Source: a virus (taxonomy: Duplodnaviria; Caudoviricetes). From it: a stretch of 64,000 nucleotides of DNA. How positions within the stretch are numbered: the stretch's first letter is position 1; the number at the start of each line of letters is the position of its first letter. A program made the translations under genes and the position numbers. The notes below the pieces were generated by a model that did not search any database, was not told the origin of the DNA, and was given only the letters and a program-made list of their open reading frames with translations. Below, piece by piece: positions 63,101 through 64,000 of the stretch. The stretch lies in the IMG/VR virus record IMGVR_UViG_3300010149_000008. One strand, given 5' to 3'.

Positions 63101-64000
63101 CTAAATCCTTTTACAACTATTGACTTAACCGGCCCTCAAGGTATACAAGGTGATATTGGTCCACAAGGTCCACAAGGAGAAGCAGGTGCTCAAGGTATTC
63201 AAGGTGAGCAAGGTCTACAAGGTGATGCTGGTCAACAAGGCCCACAAGGAGACTCTGCATATCAATCTTGGCTAGATGAAGGGAATGTAGGAGATGAAGC
63301 AGCATTTCTTTCTTCTTTACAAGGAGCGAAAGGCGATGCTGGTCCACAAGGTCCACAAGGTCCACAAGGTCCACAAGGAGAAGCAGGTGCTCAAGGTGAG
63401 CAAGGATCGCAAGGTGAGCAAGGTGAGCAAGGTATACAAGGTATACAAGGTGAGCAAGGTATACAAGGTGAGCAAGGTCTACAAGGTGCAGCTGGAGCAG
63501 CTGCACCATCAATATCAGGTGTTAGCATAAGCGGATCAACAATTACTACTTCGTTTAACGGCGCAAATGATGCTGTAGTTAATGATGCTTTTAGTGTTTC
63601 TATAGCAGAATTAGATAATGTCAATATTAACTTAGATACAATCGCAAATGGAAAAATTCTTAAATGGGACGATAATACAAATAATTTTATTGCTGCTGAT
63701 GATATTAATGGAGGAGGTGGTGGAGGAGTTAACCTAACAGTCACAGATAATACAACTTCAGTAGCACAATCAACAACTCTTGATGTGCAGCAACTTGCAA
63801 CTGTTACAGACTCAGGTAATAATGAGGCAACTCTAGTGGGTATTATAGGTAATGCTGAAGACAATTACGACGATGGACTATTTACAGACTTTACTCCTAA
63901 AACAACAATAGGCACTGCAATTGATAGATTTAATGAAGTTTTAAAGGCTTTAGCACCTTCACCTGCTCCAGATCTTGACCAATTTGATGTCGATACTGCA
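60200..64000 (+). CDS. Giant tail-fibre/collagen-like protein; 3' partial (at least 1267 aa; absent from track)
   Basis: [19 protein letters not shown]...; about 7 copies of [33 protein letters not shown]; Gly-X-Y runs; [17 protein letters not shown]. Confidence 0.88.
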   Translation, partial: MSRDFLASRVRSNALIGSNNGTQPSLLMYPSSQATNNNGGQSASLQNFLSDASNYSGTAFLYVHGTPTTSSAQSGVSPSLNYTIFGGDVLLKGTLFADYLRTTSGTLISFNTLGYIAPVGTNYISDPSGPTSSPSADKLLDAQIKINETGISTNLSSINNISTLINTHETSIGLDDDGGFLQKTTSNYLNSASSITNETFLLDAQIKVNEDAISLKANTSSLTAIQTEVDAIETGAGLDADGSYSANSNTNYLNTATSLFDADVKLDTQLKTNTDAIAALGSGNVSNLQTEVNAIETAIGLNDDGSYSAHDSSNYLDASTSTKDALSKLDVKIKENLDNIALKASSSEFSDLQTEVNAIETAVGLNADGSYSAHDDSNYIDTAISSKDALSKLDTQLKSTQSDLDTAEISISTLQGEMTAVETLSASNASQIEVNAIETAVGLNADGTYSAHAGSNYIDTASSTKDALSKLDTQLKSTQAELDTEEAARANADADLQSELNSIESSLGLTATGLRPNYSSTNFVENTQNHHEAIGELDKELKTTNDDILSIQTEMLGLASSASLSTLQTEVDAVETAIGLNADGTYLAHNDSNYIDTAISSKDALSKLDTQLKSTQTDLDTAESDIENLQSNILLKASSASLSTLQTEVDAVETAVGLNPDGSYSAHNNSNYIDTASSTKDALSKLDTQLKSTQSDLDAVEADMLTLQGEMTAVETLSASNASQIEVDAIETAVGLNADGTYSAHAGSNYIDTASSAKDALSKLDTQLKLTQDEVDNEETLRSSQISGINSEINSIENSLGLTLTGLRPNYANTNFIENTDTHHSAIGRLDAAITTIEGGNAGQLQNLQNIKDSIGTDNDGNLIAFDNTTNFLENISVVKTALIALDTAIASKVSDIFELTGIDDTDKESGKILQYVNDGVNPEKFVYVEATTGPQGPQGQSGADGRGISSVTENNDGTFTLNFIDGLNPFTTIDLTGPQGIQGDIGPQGPQGEAGAQGIQGEQGLQGDAGQQGPQGDSAYQSWLDEGNVGDEAAFLSSLQGAKGDAGPQGPQGPQGPQGEAGAQGEQGSQGEQGEQGIQGIQGEQGIQGEQGLQGAAGAAAPSISGVSISGSTITTSFNGANDAVVNDAFSVSIAELDNVNINLDTIANGKILKWDDNTNNFIAADDINGGGGGGVNLTVTDNTTSVAQSTTLDVQQLATVTDSGNNEATLVGIIGNAEDNYDDGLFTDFTPKTTIGTAIDRFNEVLKALAPSPAPDLDQFDVDTA
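60870..62700 (+). repeat. Coding coiled-coil/fibre repeat units
   Basis: Unit starts near 60878, 61067, 61259, 61493, 61904, 62138, 62372. Confidence 0.85.
62995..63500 (+). repeat. Collagen Gly-X-Y coding repeats
   Basis: (GGT/GGA)-CCA-CAA and GGT-GAG/ATA-CAA 9-bp units. Confidence 0.9.

Noticed and set aside
60870-63500. Long direct repeats as a CRISPR array or mobile-element repeats
   Set aside because: The repeats keep frame, encode coiled-coil and Gly-X-Y peptides inside one ORF, and have no constant-repeat/unique-spacer pattern.
60300-63864. Minus-strand ORFs in the track (60300, 62268, 62743, 63117, 63391) and + 63294
   Set aside because: They are shadows or off-frame readings of the 60200 fibre gene.
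1-64000. Alternative genetic code (stop reassignment) as in some jumbo phages
   Set aside because: Code 11 gives dense, tightly coupled genes ending in TAA, TAG and TGA; recognisable proteins are not interrupted; no suppressor tRNA was seen.
1-64000. Eukaryotic giant virus (suggested by minimal PolX, Nudix, collagen)
   Set aside because: Shine-Dalgarno sites, -35/-10 promoters, operon coupling, lipoboxes, lysozyme, tail fibres and tRNA-Ile2(CAT) all indicate a bacteriophage.

Overview
A 64-kb slice of an AT-rich, very gene-dense, large tailed dsDNA bacteriophage (jumbo-phage-like), read in standard code 11. It has Shine-Dalgarno sites and sigma70-like promoters. The host may be Myxococcota- or Bdellovibrionota-like, but that is inference only. 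From about 2.2 to 39.1 kb almost everything is on the minus strand. This part holds roughly 70 mostly small early-type genes, 5 tRNAs, a MTase/putative REase pair and a minimal PolX. It is driven by at least 36 copies of a CGTG(T/C)A(A/T)-N17/18-TATAAT promoter. The block at about 31.3-39.8 kb is distinctly GC-richer, carries its own CGACGA(C/A)GC motif and has odd sequence at both edges, so it may be a terminal repeat or first-entering host-takeover module. Right of 39.9 kb is a cluster of proteins with N-terminal (L/I/F/V)-K-E propeptide-like leaders: two kinase-fold paralogues, GNAT-like paralogues and a lysozyme. It is followed by a class III nucleotidyl cyclase, a DinG-like helicase, a Nudix hydrolase, a degenerate chaperonin, Hc1-like and sigma-region-4 proteins, PhoH and two large tail-fibre-type genes. 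The last fibre gene (60200 onward) is missing from the ORF track because it runs off the window. The strongest novelty candidates are (1) a shared C-terminal F-K-x3-G-x-A-W-G tag on three otherwise unrelated leader-bearing proteins, (2) the putative virion-packaged kinase/GNAT cargo set, (3) the bounded GC-rich early block with its cis motif and (4) a four-member G-R-G...AW(I/M)R paralogue family. All family assignments come from motif recognition, not database searches.
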